The notes: generated by a model not told the origin, from the letters alone. A stretch of DNA of 64,000 bases from Anaeramoeba ignava BMAN (GCA_028826165.1 JAPDFW010000070.1:248001-312000); one strand, 5' to 3'; shown: positions 51,838 to 63,693, counted from the first letter of the stretch. Program-made: numbers and translations.

Positions 51838-54241
51838 ATGTTATTTACTTATATTCCAATTGAAAAAGTTGATATTATTAGAGCATCTAAATTAGGAGAT
51901 TTAGAAATGCTTAATAAAGCTCTTAAAAGAGGTTATTCTATTAATGAAAAAACAGTAATTATATTTAAAAAAAAAAAGATCCAAAAATTTAAATTGCTTT
52001 TTTTTTTTTGCTTTTCGAAAAATTTTTTTCCTAATTTGATCAATTAAAGAGAGTAAATTTTTGTTTTTAAAAATTGAAAGATTGATTTTCTTTCAAATTT
52101 TATTTCAATTTCTAAATTAATATCAATTTTTTTTTTAGTCTGTAAAAATTATAAAAGAAAAAATTTTCGAAATTAAATTTTTTTTAAAATGAATTCTTTA
52201 AAATAAATTTTTTTTAGAAAAGCACTCCACTTCATTGTGCTTGTAAATCTAATCTTGATATAAATTTTATTCAAATTTTAATTGATTCAGGTGCTAATCT
52301 TTCTTTAATTGATGTAAATATAAATATTAATATTTTTTTTTGAAATGAAATTTTTTAAATTTTATTAATTGGAAAAAAAAAGGATGTAAAAAAAAAATAA
52401 TTTAAAAATCGGAACAAAAAATATTGAATATCAGAATTATAATTAGTATGTAAATTTTTATTGAAATTTTCAAGTTTAAAAATTGAGATCTCATTGTTTG
52501 TTTCTTTTGCATAATTTTATAAATAAAAAGAAAAATACCCCTTTGCATGATGCTTGTTGTTTTGGAGCAAAAACTGAAATTATTGAACTTCTTTTAAAAA
52601 ATAAAGCAGATCCAAATGCAAAAAATGTAAATTTTCAAAAACAAAAAACAAAAATCAAAATCAATATTTAGTTAAACTAATTTAATTATCATTAGGCAGT
52701 ATTTTATTATAAAAATAAAAATTAAACCAATTTTCCAAAAAAAAAGAAAAATACTCAATTGTTTTTGATTCAAATTTTTTCAGGTTGTAAATAAATTTTT
52801 CAATTTAAATTTAAATTTAAATTAATTCCTTTTTTATTAATAATAATAAGGGATATACTCCTCTTCATTATGCTTGTGAAAAAAAACCAGAATTCGAAAA
52901 AATTTCACTTCTTCTTTCTTTTAATTCACTTGTTAATCCTTTGAATGTAAATGACAAACAAGAAAAAATAAAGATTTGATTTAACCTTTTTTTTATGGGA
53001 ATTCTAATCATCTTCATTTTAGAATGTAAATGAAAAACTTCTATTATTTATATTTTTGGAAAATATTCTAAATCGTAATTTTGGTTTGTTTTTAAAGGAT
53101 GTAAAAAAACAAAACAAAATATTAAAAACAAAAATATTTATTGAGTTTGTTTTGAATATTATACGAAAATAGTATTTTTCTCCTTTACAACTTGCTTGTA
53201 AATCAAATGCACCACCTGAAGTTATTGAAATATTATTGAAAAAAGGTGCGAATACTTATCTTGAAAATGTAAAAAAAATCAAAATTAAAATTAAAATTAA
53301 AATTAAAATCAAAATCCAAAATAGGAAGTAAATAAAATAATTATAAAGAAAAGAAGATGTTTCTAATAATTGATGAAATAAACATTATTAGCAAGTAAAT
53401 AAAAATGAATTTCTTAATTAAATTTCTTTATTTAACAAAAAAAAAGGATCAAATGAAAGAATTGAAAAATTAATCATCTATTTAATATTAAATATTATTT
53501 ATTATTTAACAGAACAAAAAAGCAATCGATTATGTAACAGATGACAGAATCAAAGATCTGTTTCATATTTATCATCCACTAGTTGTGGATTTGAGGAAAC
53601 TTTATGATTGGGGTGAAATATATGATTTAACAATTCCCACACTTAGACAAAAATTCCGAGCGCATAAATGCATCTGCCAAGTGCGACTTGGAGAATGCTA
53701 TGATAAAGCAATGGAACACTTTGTAAATTCAACAAAAATGGAAGTGGCAAAGTATTTGAAATGGGTTTATGGAGGAATATCAAAATATTCACCAGATTTT
53801 GAGATGATTGAAGAGTTTGGGAAGGAAATTGGGATGAAAAAGGAAGATGTTGAAGAGAAATCAACAACAGATGGGTTGATTAAGGATATCTCCAAACTTT
53901 ATGAAGATGAAAAGGGAAAAGATTTTGAAATTATTGTTGATGAAGTGAAAATACCTGTTCACAAAGTGATTCTTTTTTGCCGATGTGAAATTTATCGAGC
54001 AATGTTTCTTTTGAATAAGAATGATAATTCAAATCAAGTTCCTGATGTTAGTGGGCGATCGGTTGATACAATAAAAGCTTTTGTTAAGTATCTTTATACT
54101 GATAATTTGGATGATAATCTTGAGAAGGATGTGATAAGAGAACTTTCGGATGCAAAAGATTTTTATCAATTAACACCAGGTTCTTCACTTCCTGTTTATG
54201 TTAAACATTATCAAAAAAGAAGAAGACGAAAAATTTACTGA
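51838..54241 (+). CDS. Ankyrin-repeat + BTB protein (about 419 aa), 16 exons including ten 3-nt microexons
   Basis: Large exons 51838-51954, 52218-52313, 52531-52626, 52851-52946, 53173-53268 (the last four each exactly 96 nt with a T/SPLH-type motif) and 53513-54241 (C-cap plus BTB: RAHKCICQVR, KDFEIIV..IPVHKVILFCRCEIYRAMF). All introns are phase 0 GTA..AG. Confidence 0.88.
52050..52141 (+). other. 3-nt microexon pair 1: AGA (R) 52050-52052, TCT (S) 52139-52141
   Basis: aaag|aga|gtaaat and ttag|tct|gtaaaa. Confidence 0.8.
52383..52449 (+). other. 3-nt microexon pair 2: GAT (D) 52383-52385, TAT (Y) 52447-52449
   Basis: aaag|gat|gtaaaa and ttag|tat|gtaaat. Confidence 0.8.
52696..52786 (+). 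other. 3-nt microexon pair 3: GCA (A) 52696-52698, GTT (V) 52784-52786
   Basis: ttag|gca|gtattt and tcag|gtt|gtaaat. Confidence 0.8.
53023..53100 (+). other. 3-nt microexon pair 4: AAT (N) 53023-53025, GAT (D) 53098-53100
   Basis: ttag|aat|gtaaat and aaag|gat|gtaaaa. Confidence 0.8.
53325..53394 (+). other. 3-nt microexon pair 5: GAA (E) 53325-53327, CAA (Q) 53392-53394
   Basis: atag|gaa|gtaaat and ttag|caa|gtaaat. Confidence 0.8.
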
Positions 54242-54323
54242 ATGAATGAATTGATGAAAATTTTTTTTTTAAAGAAAGAAATTAAGAAAAATATCCAAAA
54301 AAATTGGATTTGAATTTTCCATT

Positions 54324-56092
54324 TCATTTGATTAAATTTTCATTTAAATTGTTTTGATTTGATTCAAATTGATTCAATTCCACATATTTTTGATTTTCTT
54401 TTGATTTTGTTTCAACATCTCTTTGATTTTGATTTTGATTTTCTTTTGATTTTGATTTTGATTTTGATTTTTTGTTTTTGGATTTGAAAATAATAACAAA
54501 AAGAACAGTAATAACAACAGTCAAAGCAATAGAAGAAATTGCAAGACCGAATGCACTATTAACTTTTTTAGAGTTGTCGCTTGTTGTTGGTAAATTTGTG
54601 GTATCAAATGTACCACATGAATCACCAATAAAACCAGCATTACAAGAACATTTTCCTTGATATTCCAAGCAAATACCTTGTTCACAAGTAGGAATGCAGG
54701 AAGTGCAATCAATAGGATTATTAGCATAATCATAAATTGTTGTGCAAGAAAGAATTTTTGCTTGAAGAAAACTTGAACTAGGAATTGCAATCATGTTCCA
54801 AACAGTTGATTCTCTTCTTAAAGGATAAAATGTCATAACATAAAAAATTCCAGTCTGATTCCAGTTATCTTGTCTAATTACTCTCATATAATTGTTGATT
54901 ATTTCTCTTCTAGTATCATATGGAGGTGGATTAGTATTCAAATCTGAATTTCCTTCATAAAGATACCAATTATCAGTTCCATCAAATGTTTGATTTACTA
55001 AATATGATTGTTCTCTATCTCTAGTTATTACATATGCTTCATTTGGTTGTTTTCCACAAATTCCAAAATATCCAAGTGAAGCGATATATGTGGTATTTAC
55101 CATATTAAATGCACAAGTAAAATCACTACAATTTTCTCCTACTTGTCTTATTAATACAAATATTGGTTTTGCTCCTGTTGTCAAATTATTTAATTCTTCT
55201 ATTATACTTGCATTTGATTCTCTTCGATCGTGAGCAAGTGAGAATTCTCCTGACTTATAAATAGCACGTGATCCAACAAGACTATTTATTATTTATTATA
55301 ATTTTGATTTTGATTTTAATTTTAATTATAATTTTGATTTTGATTTTAATTTTAATTTTAATTTTGATTTTGATTTTGATTTTGATTTTGATTTTGATTT
55401 TGATTTTGATTTTGATTTTGATTTTGATTTTGAATTTTGGTTTTGATTTTGATTTTAATTTTGATTTTGATTTTAATTTTGATTTTAATTTTGATTTTGA
55501 TTTTAATTTTAATTTTGATTTTGATTTTAATTTTGATTTTGATTTTGATTTTGATTTTGATTTTGATTTTAATTTTTTGGAATATTTACCCTGCATAACT
55601 TATTCCAGTAAAAATAGTTGAACCATTTGATTGAAAATTAACTCTCATAACAATTTGTCGAAGAATAGAAGTACCAAGACTATAATCTTCATTATGAGAA
55701 AGGAAAGGATTAGAATTTTCATCATAACCAATAAGAATTGAACAAGAAACATTTAAATCCCAAACCAAATTAACTTCAACAATATCTTTAAAAGCAATAT
55801 TAGTATAATTAGCAACACCTTCCATTTCAGTTTTAAGTTCAGTTCCAAAAACAAACTCTACATTAGTTTCTAACCAATTACTCCAAAAAGAATCATAAGC
55901 TGTTTGTAAGGTAGAAGATGATTTAAGAAGTGTAACAAAATTTTGTAAGTCATCGTTACTAAAACTTGCTAACACTTGATCCCATCTGTGAAATGCATCT
56001 CCATCTAAATCAACATTAAAAATTGGTACGTCTGATGGTGGTGCTCCTGAAATTGTTATAATTATAATTAAAAACAAAATTAATTCTTTCAT
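54324..56092 (-). CDS. Acid ceramidase/NAAA-like Ntn-hydrolase + EGF-like + TM, copy 1. Intron 55589-55282.
   Basis: Signal peptide, PIFNVDLD..RW, catalytic-position Cys in VSCSILIG, HNEDY, YAG|LVG, VITRDR, an EGF-like motif C..TCEQGIC....GKCSCNAGFIGDSC and a C-terminal TM helix. Confidence 0.85.
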
Positions 56093-56675
56093 TTCAAAAA
56101 AAAAAGCAAAAAATTATTTTGAAAAGAAAAAAATGAGAATTTTGTTTTTCCTCTTTTTAATTAATTCAAAAAAACAAAAAAACAAAAAAAATATTTAATT
56201 AAATTTTTGAATTGAATTTTATTTAAATTTTGTTTTAAAATTGAAAGAAATTTGATTTTGATTTTGATTTTAATTTTAATTTTGATTTTAATTTTAATTT
56301 TAATTTTAATTTTGATTTTGATTTTAATTTTGATTTTAATTTTAATTTTGAATTTAATTTTAATTTTGATTTTGATTTTGATTTTGATTTTGATTTTAAT
56401 TTTGATTTTGATTTTGAATTTAATTTTGATTTTAATTTTGATTTTAATTTTAATTTTAATTTTAATTTTGATTTTAATTTTGATTTTGATTTTGATTTTG
56501 ATTTTGATTTTGATTTTAATTTTAATTTTAATTTTAATTTTGATTTTGATTTTGATTTTGAATTTAATTTGATTTTGATTTTAATTTTAATTTTAATTTT
56601 GATTTTGATTTTGATTTTGATTTTGATTTTGATTTTGATTTTCATTTTGATTTTGATTTTGATTTTGATTTTGAT

Positions 56676-58269
56676 TTATTTCATTTCCTTGTCATCTGTA
56701 TTTGGTGTTGATTTTTCTTTTTTGCATTTGGGATAAATGAAAATACCAATAATAACAACAGTCAAAGCAACAATGGAAGTTATTGATATACCTCTTGCAA
56801 CATTATCCTTATCAGAAGTACTTTCAGTTGTTGGTAAATTTGTAGTATCAAGTGTATCACATGAATCACCAATAAAACCAGCATTACAAGAACATTTTCC
56901 TTGATATTCCAAGCAAATACCTTGTTCACAAGTAGGAGTGCAAGAAGTGCAATCAATAGGAGTATTAGCACGATCATAAATTGTTGTGCAAGAAAGAATT
57001 TTTGCTTGAAGAAAACTTGAACTAGGAATTGCAATCATATTCCAAACAGTTGATTCTCTTCTTAAAGGATAAAATGTCATAACATAAAAAATTCCTATGT
57101 GATTCCAATCATCTTGATCAATTACTCTCATATAATTGTTGATAAATTCTCTTCTAATATCATATGGAGGTGGATCAGTATTCAAATCTGAATTTCCTTC
57201 ATAAAGATACCAATTATAAGTTCCATCAAATGTTTGATTTACTAAATATGATTGTTCTCTATCTCTAGTTATTACATATGCTTCATTTGGTTGTTTTCCA
57301 CAAATTCCAAAATATCCAAGTGAAGCGATATATGTAGTATTTACCATATTAAATGCACAAGTAAAATCACTACAATTTTCTCCTACTTGTCTTATTAATA
57401 CAAATATTGGTTTTGCTCCTGCTGTCAAATTATTGAGGTTATCTTCTATACTTGCACTTGATTCTCTTTGATCATGAGCAAGTGCGAATTCTCCTGACTT
57501 ATAAATAGCACGTGATCCAACAAGACTATTTATTATTTATTATAATTTTGATTTTGATTTTGATTTTAATTATAATTTTGATTTTGATTTTAATTTTAAT
57601 TTTAATTTTGATTTTGATTTTGATTTTGATTTTGATTTTGATTTTGATTTTGATTTTGATTTTGATTTTGATTTTAATTTTGGTTTTGATTTTGATTTTG
57701 ATTTTGATTTTAATTTTAATTTTGATTTTGATTTTGATTTTGATTTTAATTTTTTGGAATATTTACCCTGCATAACTTATTCCAGTAAAAATAGTTGAAC
57801 CATTTGATTGGAAATTAACTCTCATAACAATTTGTCGAAGAATAGCAGTACCAAGACTATAATCTTCATTATGAGAAAGGAAAGGATTAGAATTTTCATC
57901 ATAACCAATAAGAATTGAACAAGCAACAGTTAATTCATAAACCAAATTAACTTCAACAATATCTTTAAAAGCAATATTAGTATAATTAGCAACACCTTCC
58001 ATTTCAGTTTTAAGTTCAGTTCCAAAAACAAACTCTACATTAGTTTCTAACCAACTACTCCAAAAAGAATCATAAGCTGCTTGTAAAGTAGAAGATGATT
58101 TAAGAAGAGTAACAAAATTTTGTAAGTCATCGTTACTAAAACTTGCTAACACTTGATCCCATCTGTGAAATGCATCTCCATCTAAATCGACATTAAAAAT
58201 TGGTACGTCTGATGGTGGTGCTCCTGAAATTGTTATAATTATAATTAAAAGCAAAATTAATTCTTTCAT
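56676..58269 (-). CDS. Acid ceramidase/NAAA-like + EGF-like + TM, copy 2. Intron 57766-57526.
   Basis: Near-identical to copy 1 with the same intron position; VACSILIG. Confidence 0.85.
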
Positions 58270-58791
58270 TTCAAAAAAAAAAGCAAAAAATTATTTTGAA
58301 AAGAAAAAAATGAGAATTTTATTTTTCCTCTTTTTAATTAATTCAAAAAAACAAAAAAACAAAAAAGAATTTAATTAAATTTTTGAATTGAATTTTATTT
58401 AAATTTTGTTTTAAAATTGAAAGAAATTAGATTTTGAATTTGATTTTAATTATTTTGATTTTGATTTTGATTTTAATTTTGATTTTGATTTTGATTTTGA
58501 ATTTAATTTTAATTTTAATTTTAATTTTAATTATTTTGATTTTGATTTTAATTTTAATTTTAATTTTAATTTTGATTTTAATTTTGATTTTGATTTTGAT
58601 TTTGATTTTAATTTTAATTTTGATTTTAATTTTGATTTTGATTTTGATTTTAATTTTGATTTTAATTTTAATTTTAATTTAAATTTTGATTTTAATTTCA
58701 ATTTTAATTTTGATTTTGATTTTAATTTTGATTTTAATTTTGATTTTGATTTTGATTTTAATTTTGAATTTAATTTTGATTTGATTTTGAA

Positions 58792-60526
58792 TTAGATTTT
58801 ATCATATTTCTTGCTCTTCTTGAAGATCATAACTAAAAGAATCGTAACAACAACACTCAAGATAACAATGGAAGTTATTGATATACCTCTTGCAACATTA
58901 TCCTTATCAGAAGTACTTTCTGTTGTTGGTTGAGGAGTATAACCATCCAAAACATCACAATAATCACCAGAAAAACCAAAATTACAAGAACATTTTCCTT
59001 GATATTCTGAACAAACACCTTGATTGCAAGTTGGAGAACAAGAAGTGCAATCGATGATTTGGTTAGCAGGATCATAAACAGGAGCACATTCAAGAACTTT
59101 TACTTGAACAAAACTTGTATTTGGAACAGAAATAATATTCCAAACAGTTCTTTCTTTTCGAATTGGATAAATATTCATAAAATAGAAAACAGAGTTAGTA
59201 TTCCAAGTGCTTTGTTCGGCAACGCGCATGTAATTATTTGCAACTTCTCTTCTAATATCATATGGAGGTGGATTAGTATTCAGATCTGAATTTCCTTCAT
59301 AAAGATACCAATCATAAGTTCCATCAAATGTTTGATTTACAATATCACTTTGATAATGACTTCGTGTGATTACATATCCTTCGTTTGGTTGAGTTCCGCA
59401 GATCCCTAAATAGCATGGTGATCCTACTTGTGTGTTGTTCAGGAAATCAAATGCACAACTGAAATTATCACAGTCTTCTCCTGCTTGTCGAATTAGTACA
59501 AATATTGGTTTCCCTCCTGTCATTAAACTTGCAAAGTTTTGAGATAAATTTCCTCCCGCATCTCGTTGATCTTGAACTATTGCAAATGCTCCATCTTTGT
59601 GAACTGCTCGTGAGCCAACAAGACTATTTTTTGATTTTGATTTTAATTTTAATTTTGATTTTAATTTCAATTTTATTTTTGATTTTAATTTTGATTTTGA
59701 TTTTGATTTTTAATTTTAATTTTAGATTTTGATTTTAATTTTGATTTTAATTTTGATTTAAATTTTTGATTTTGATTTTGATTTTAATTTTAATTTTAAT
59801 TTTAATTTTGATTTTAATTTTGATTTTAATTTTAATTTTGATTTTGATTTTAATTTTATAATTTAATTTTGATTTTGATTTTGATTTGATTTTGATTTAA
59901 ATTTAAATTTTTGATTTTGATTTTGATTTTGATTTTGATTTTAATTTTAATTTTAATTTTAATTTTGATTTTGATTTTGATTTTGAATTTTAATTTTGAT
60001 TTAAATTTTTGAATATTTACCCTGCATAAGTAACTCCAGTAAAAACAGTTGCACCACCTTTTTGGAAATTAATTCTAGTAACCAATTTACGAAGCATTGA
60101 AGTACCAAGACTATAATCCTCATTATGAGAGATAAAAGGTACATGATTTTGATCATAACCAACAAGAATTGAACAATAAGCAGTTAATTCATAAATCAAA
60201 TTAACTTCAACAATATCTTTAAAAGCAATTCCAGTATAATTAGCAACACCATTCAATTCAGCAGAAAGTTCCGTTCCAAAAACATAATCAGTATTATTAA
60301 ATAACCAACTAGTCCAAAAAGAATCATAAGCTGATTGTAAAAGAGGTGAAATTGATTTAACTAGTGTAACAAAACTTTCTAAGTCTTCAACGTTATAATT
60401 TGATAATACTTGATCCCATCTGTGAAATGCATCTCCATCTAAATCAACGTTAAAAACTGGTACATCTACTGGTGGTGCTGTTAGGATTGTTAATAAAAGT
60501 ATTAGGAATATTATTGCTTTTTCCAT
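58792..60526 (-). CDS. Acid ceramidase/NAAA-like + EGF-like + TM, copy 3 (more divergent). Intron 60020-59624.
   Basis: Same architecture and intron position; AYCSILVG. Confidence 0.85.
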
Positions 60527-60835
60527 TTTGCTTTTTTGTTTTTAATTTGATAAAAAGAAAAATGAAAAAAAATTTTTGTTTTTCCTTTTTATTTTTTGTT
60601 TATTTTAAAAAGAAAAAACGAAAATTGGAATTAAAATTAAAATCAAAATTGAAATCAAAATCAAAATCAAATCAAATTGAAATTAAAATTAAATTGGAAA
60701 TCAAATTGAAATCAAAATCAAAATTAAATCAAAATTAAAATTGAAAATCAAATTCAAAATTAAAATCAAATTGAAATCAAAATTAAAAAAATGGAAATTA
60801 AAAAATGGAAATCAAAAATGGAAATCAAAAGAGAA

Positions 60836-63693
60836 TCACTTCAAACCACCAAAAACACCCAAAGGAACTTCGATAAACAAAGGTCTTTCAACTCTATCAG
60901 TAATATCAGTACTCAAAACACCTTCTTCACGGAAAATACGTTTAATAGCAGAAAAACAAGTCTTTGAACCACAAGCACCCATACAAGCACGAGTAGCAGC
61001 CTTGAGCTGATTCATATCAGTGATTCCAGATCTGATTGAGTCTCTGATTTCTTTTGCGGAAACACGTTCACAACGACAAACAATAGATTCATCAGGAAAT
61101 TGATTCATTTCATACAAATCAGGATTTTGCTTTTCTTCCTTTGTATAAACAGATGCAGCCTTTTTGGCAATAGCTTTTGGAAGCTGACATGACACGAGCA
61201 AAGTTTCTCTGCGCTTGCTCACTTTTGCAACTGGGAATTTTCCAAGCATGAGTCCATCTTCATCCATAATAGGGACAAGTTTTCCGACCTGCACATCTCT
61301 TCTCCAGACTTCGTACGGGAAAGTGACCAGTGGATTCTCTGGATCTTTAGTGTAGTCAACCATTGTGATGGCCAATCCGGGACAAGCTGCCACGCAACTC
61401 ATACATCCGTTGCAATCCTTGATGTCACCTGAAAACACTGGTGGATCCGATATGTTTTTTCCTTCTCCCGTGGATATATTCCCGACAGGGCATGCTGCCA
61501 CACACGCGTTGCAGGGGATTTCTTGGTAGCAATGGAATATTGGCACTTTTCCTGTCTCGTAAGGAAGCACGTGTTTCTCATCCTTGTTTTTTGGTTTGCT
61601 TTTAAGCACAGCTGCTTTTTGGATCCATTCTTCAGGAACATCAACATTATATCCTAATGATTTCAGTATTTTTCTTCCTTCAATCTTTCCTGTGAACATT
61701 GCTGCTGATGCTTCTGCTATTTCTTGTGCGTCTCCTGCTGAGTATACATCGAATCCGTATTTTTTTGCTTTGTGATAAAATTCTTGGCATTCTTCTAATC
61801 CAACTGCAAGAAGAACTGTATCAACATCGAATGTTTTGTAAGTTCCAGGGATAATCTAATAATATTTAATATTTAATATTTATTATTTAATATTTATTTA
61901 ATATTTAATATTTATTTAATATTTATTATTTAATATTTAATATTTAATATTTAATATTTATTTAATAATTAATATTTATTATTTATTTATTATTTAGTAT
62001 TTAATATTTAATATTTATTAAATATTTAATATTTATTATTTAATATTTAATATTTAATATTTAATATTTAATATTTAATATTTATTTAATATTTAATATT
62101 TAATATTTAATATTTATTTAATATTTAATATTTATTTAATATTTAATATTTAATATTTAATATTTATTTAATATTTAATATTTAATATTTATTTAATATT
62201 TAATATTTATTTATTTAATATTTATTATTTATTTAATATTTAATATTTAATATTTATTTAATATTTATTATTTAATATTTAATATTTAATATTTAATTAA
62301 TATTTATTTAATATTTATTATTTAATATTTAATTAATATTTATTTAATTAATATTTAATATTTAATATTTATTATTTAATATTTATTATTTAATATTTAT
62401 TTAATATTTAATATTTATTATTTAATATTTATTTAATATTTATTTAATATTTAATATTTATTTAATATTTATTTAATATTTAATATTTATTTAATATTTA
62501 ATATTCAAAACTAACATTCCAATTATTATCAAGTTGAGCAATAGTACATTTCTCAACTTGATCTTTCCCAGTAACACCAACAATTGTATGCTTTGTAAGA
62601 ATAGGAACACCAAGTCTTCTTAACTTATCCTCATGAACCTTATATCCACCACAATGATCCAAAGCCTCAATAAGAGTAACTACTTCCATACCAGCTTGAA
62701 TTGCATGATAACCAGCAATCAAACCAACATTTCCACCTCCAACAATTAATAAACGTTTTGAAGTTTTGACAAGGTCTCTGTTAACAAGAGTTTGAAAAGC
62801 ACCAGCACCATAAACACCAGGAATAGTATTGCCAGGAAACGAAAGGAATTTCTCTCTTGCACCAGTAGCTACAAGAAGCCTTTTTGGTTTTACTAAATTA
62901 TATTTTCCATTTTTAACAATCCCAACGTATTTATCCGAAAAAACGGCAACAGCAGTGGAATTCATTGCAACTTCGACAGAGGGATATTTCTTCACTTCTT
63001 TTGACAAGATCTCGCCAATCTTAAAGCCTCTTGTTCCGGCATAACACTCTTCACTTGATCCGAAGAATTTGTGAGTTTGCAGAACTAACTTCCCACCCAA
63101 TCTGTCTTTGTCATCAACAAGAAGTGTCTGAACGCCTTTCTGTCCGAGTTCACAAGCTGCAGAGAGACCAGAAGGTCCGCCGCCAATAATAAGTACATCC
63201 ACTTCAGACTTGGGGATTTTATCAAAATCGGGAGTGATTGGAATCTCCGGTAGAACATTTGCTGCATATCGTACAATCATGTGCTCCTTCAAAGCCGTCA
63301 TGCACGATTTCATTGGAATCCCGTTGCAAGTTACCATGCATTGAGAACACTGTCCGTTCGCGCAGAAAAGTCCTTGAGGTGATCCATCTTTGTGATGATA
63401 TCCAAAAATGTTCACCCCATTCGCAATAAGTGCTGAGGATAGCATTTCCCCTTCATAGCCGTATAAAGTCTGTCCGTTCCATTCAAATGAAACTTCTTTT
63501 CGTTTGGGTATCTTTAATATTGGATGCTCTGTTATTCTATTTGCTCCTGTGTTGATTAATTTCTATTGTAATTTTTTGTTTTTCTTTTAATTTTTTTTTT
63601 TTGCTTTTTTTTTTTTTAATTTAAATTTACTGATAAAAAACTGTTTGAAAGTTGTTTTTGTATTAAATTTTGTGTTGAAAATATCGATCTCAT
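60836..63693 (-). CDS. Sarcosine oxidase alpha / proline dehydrogenase alpha-like multidomain flavoprotein (2Fe-2S + FAD/NAD oxidoreductase + 2x4Fe-4S + BFD-like 2Fe-2S), about 709 aa. Exons 63693-63631, 63562-62516, 61855-60836.
   Basis: RITEHPIL, GLFCANGQCSQC, IIGGGPSGL, LVATGARE, IVGGGNVG, CYQEIPCNACVAACP, CNGCMSCVAACP, VCRCERV...RACMGACGSKTC. Both introns are phase 0 GT-AG. Confidence 0.88.
61856..62515 (-). repeat. 660-bp intron of about 8-bp A/T repeats (tttaatat)
   Basis: Directly visible; splicing joins NNWN|IIPGTYK in frame. Confidence 0.9.

Noticed and set aside
53349-53362. Possible extra microexon at aagaag|at|gtttc
   Set aside because: It would be 2 or 5 nt (frame-breaking), has a non-GTA donor, and leaves only about 25-30 nt of intron on each side.
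52050-53394. Microexon pairs as strictly mutually exclusive alternatives
   Set aside because: Ankyrin repeat geometry requires two residues at each junction, so including both is the default model. Alternative use remains a hypothesis.
2866-61010. Numerous ILILIL, FNFNF, KIKIK, INKYF and FKFIF ORFs in the ORF track
   Set aside because: They are translations of intronic or intergenic microsatellites, or antisense shadows of low-complexity coding regions.
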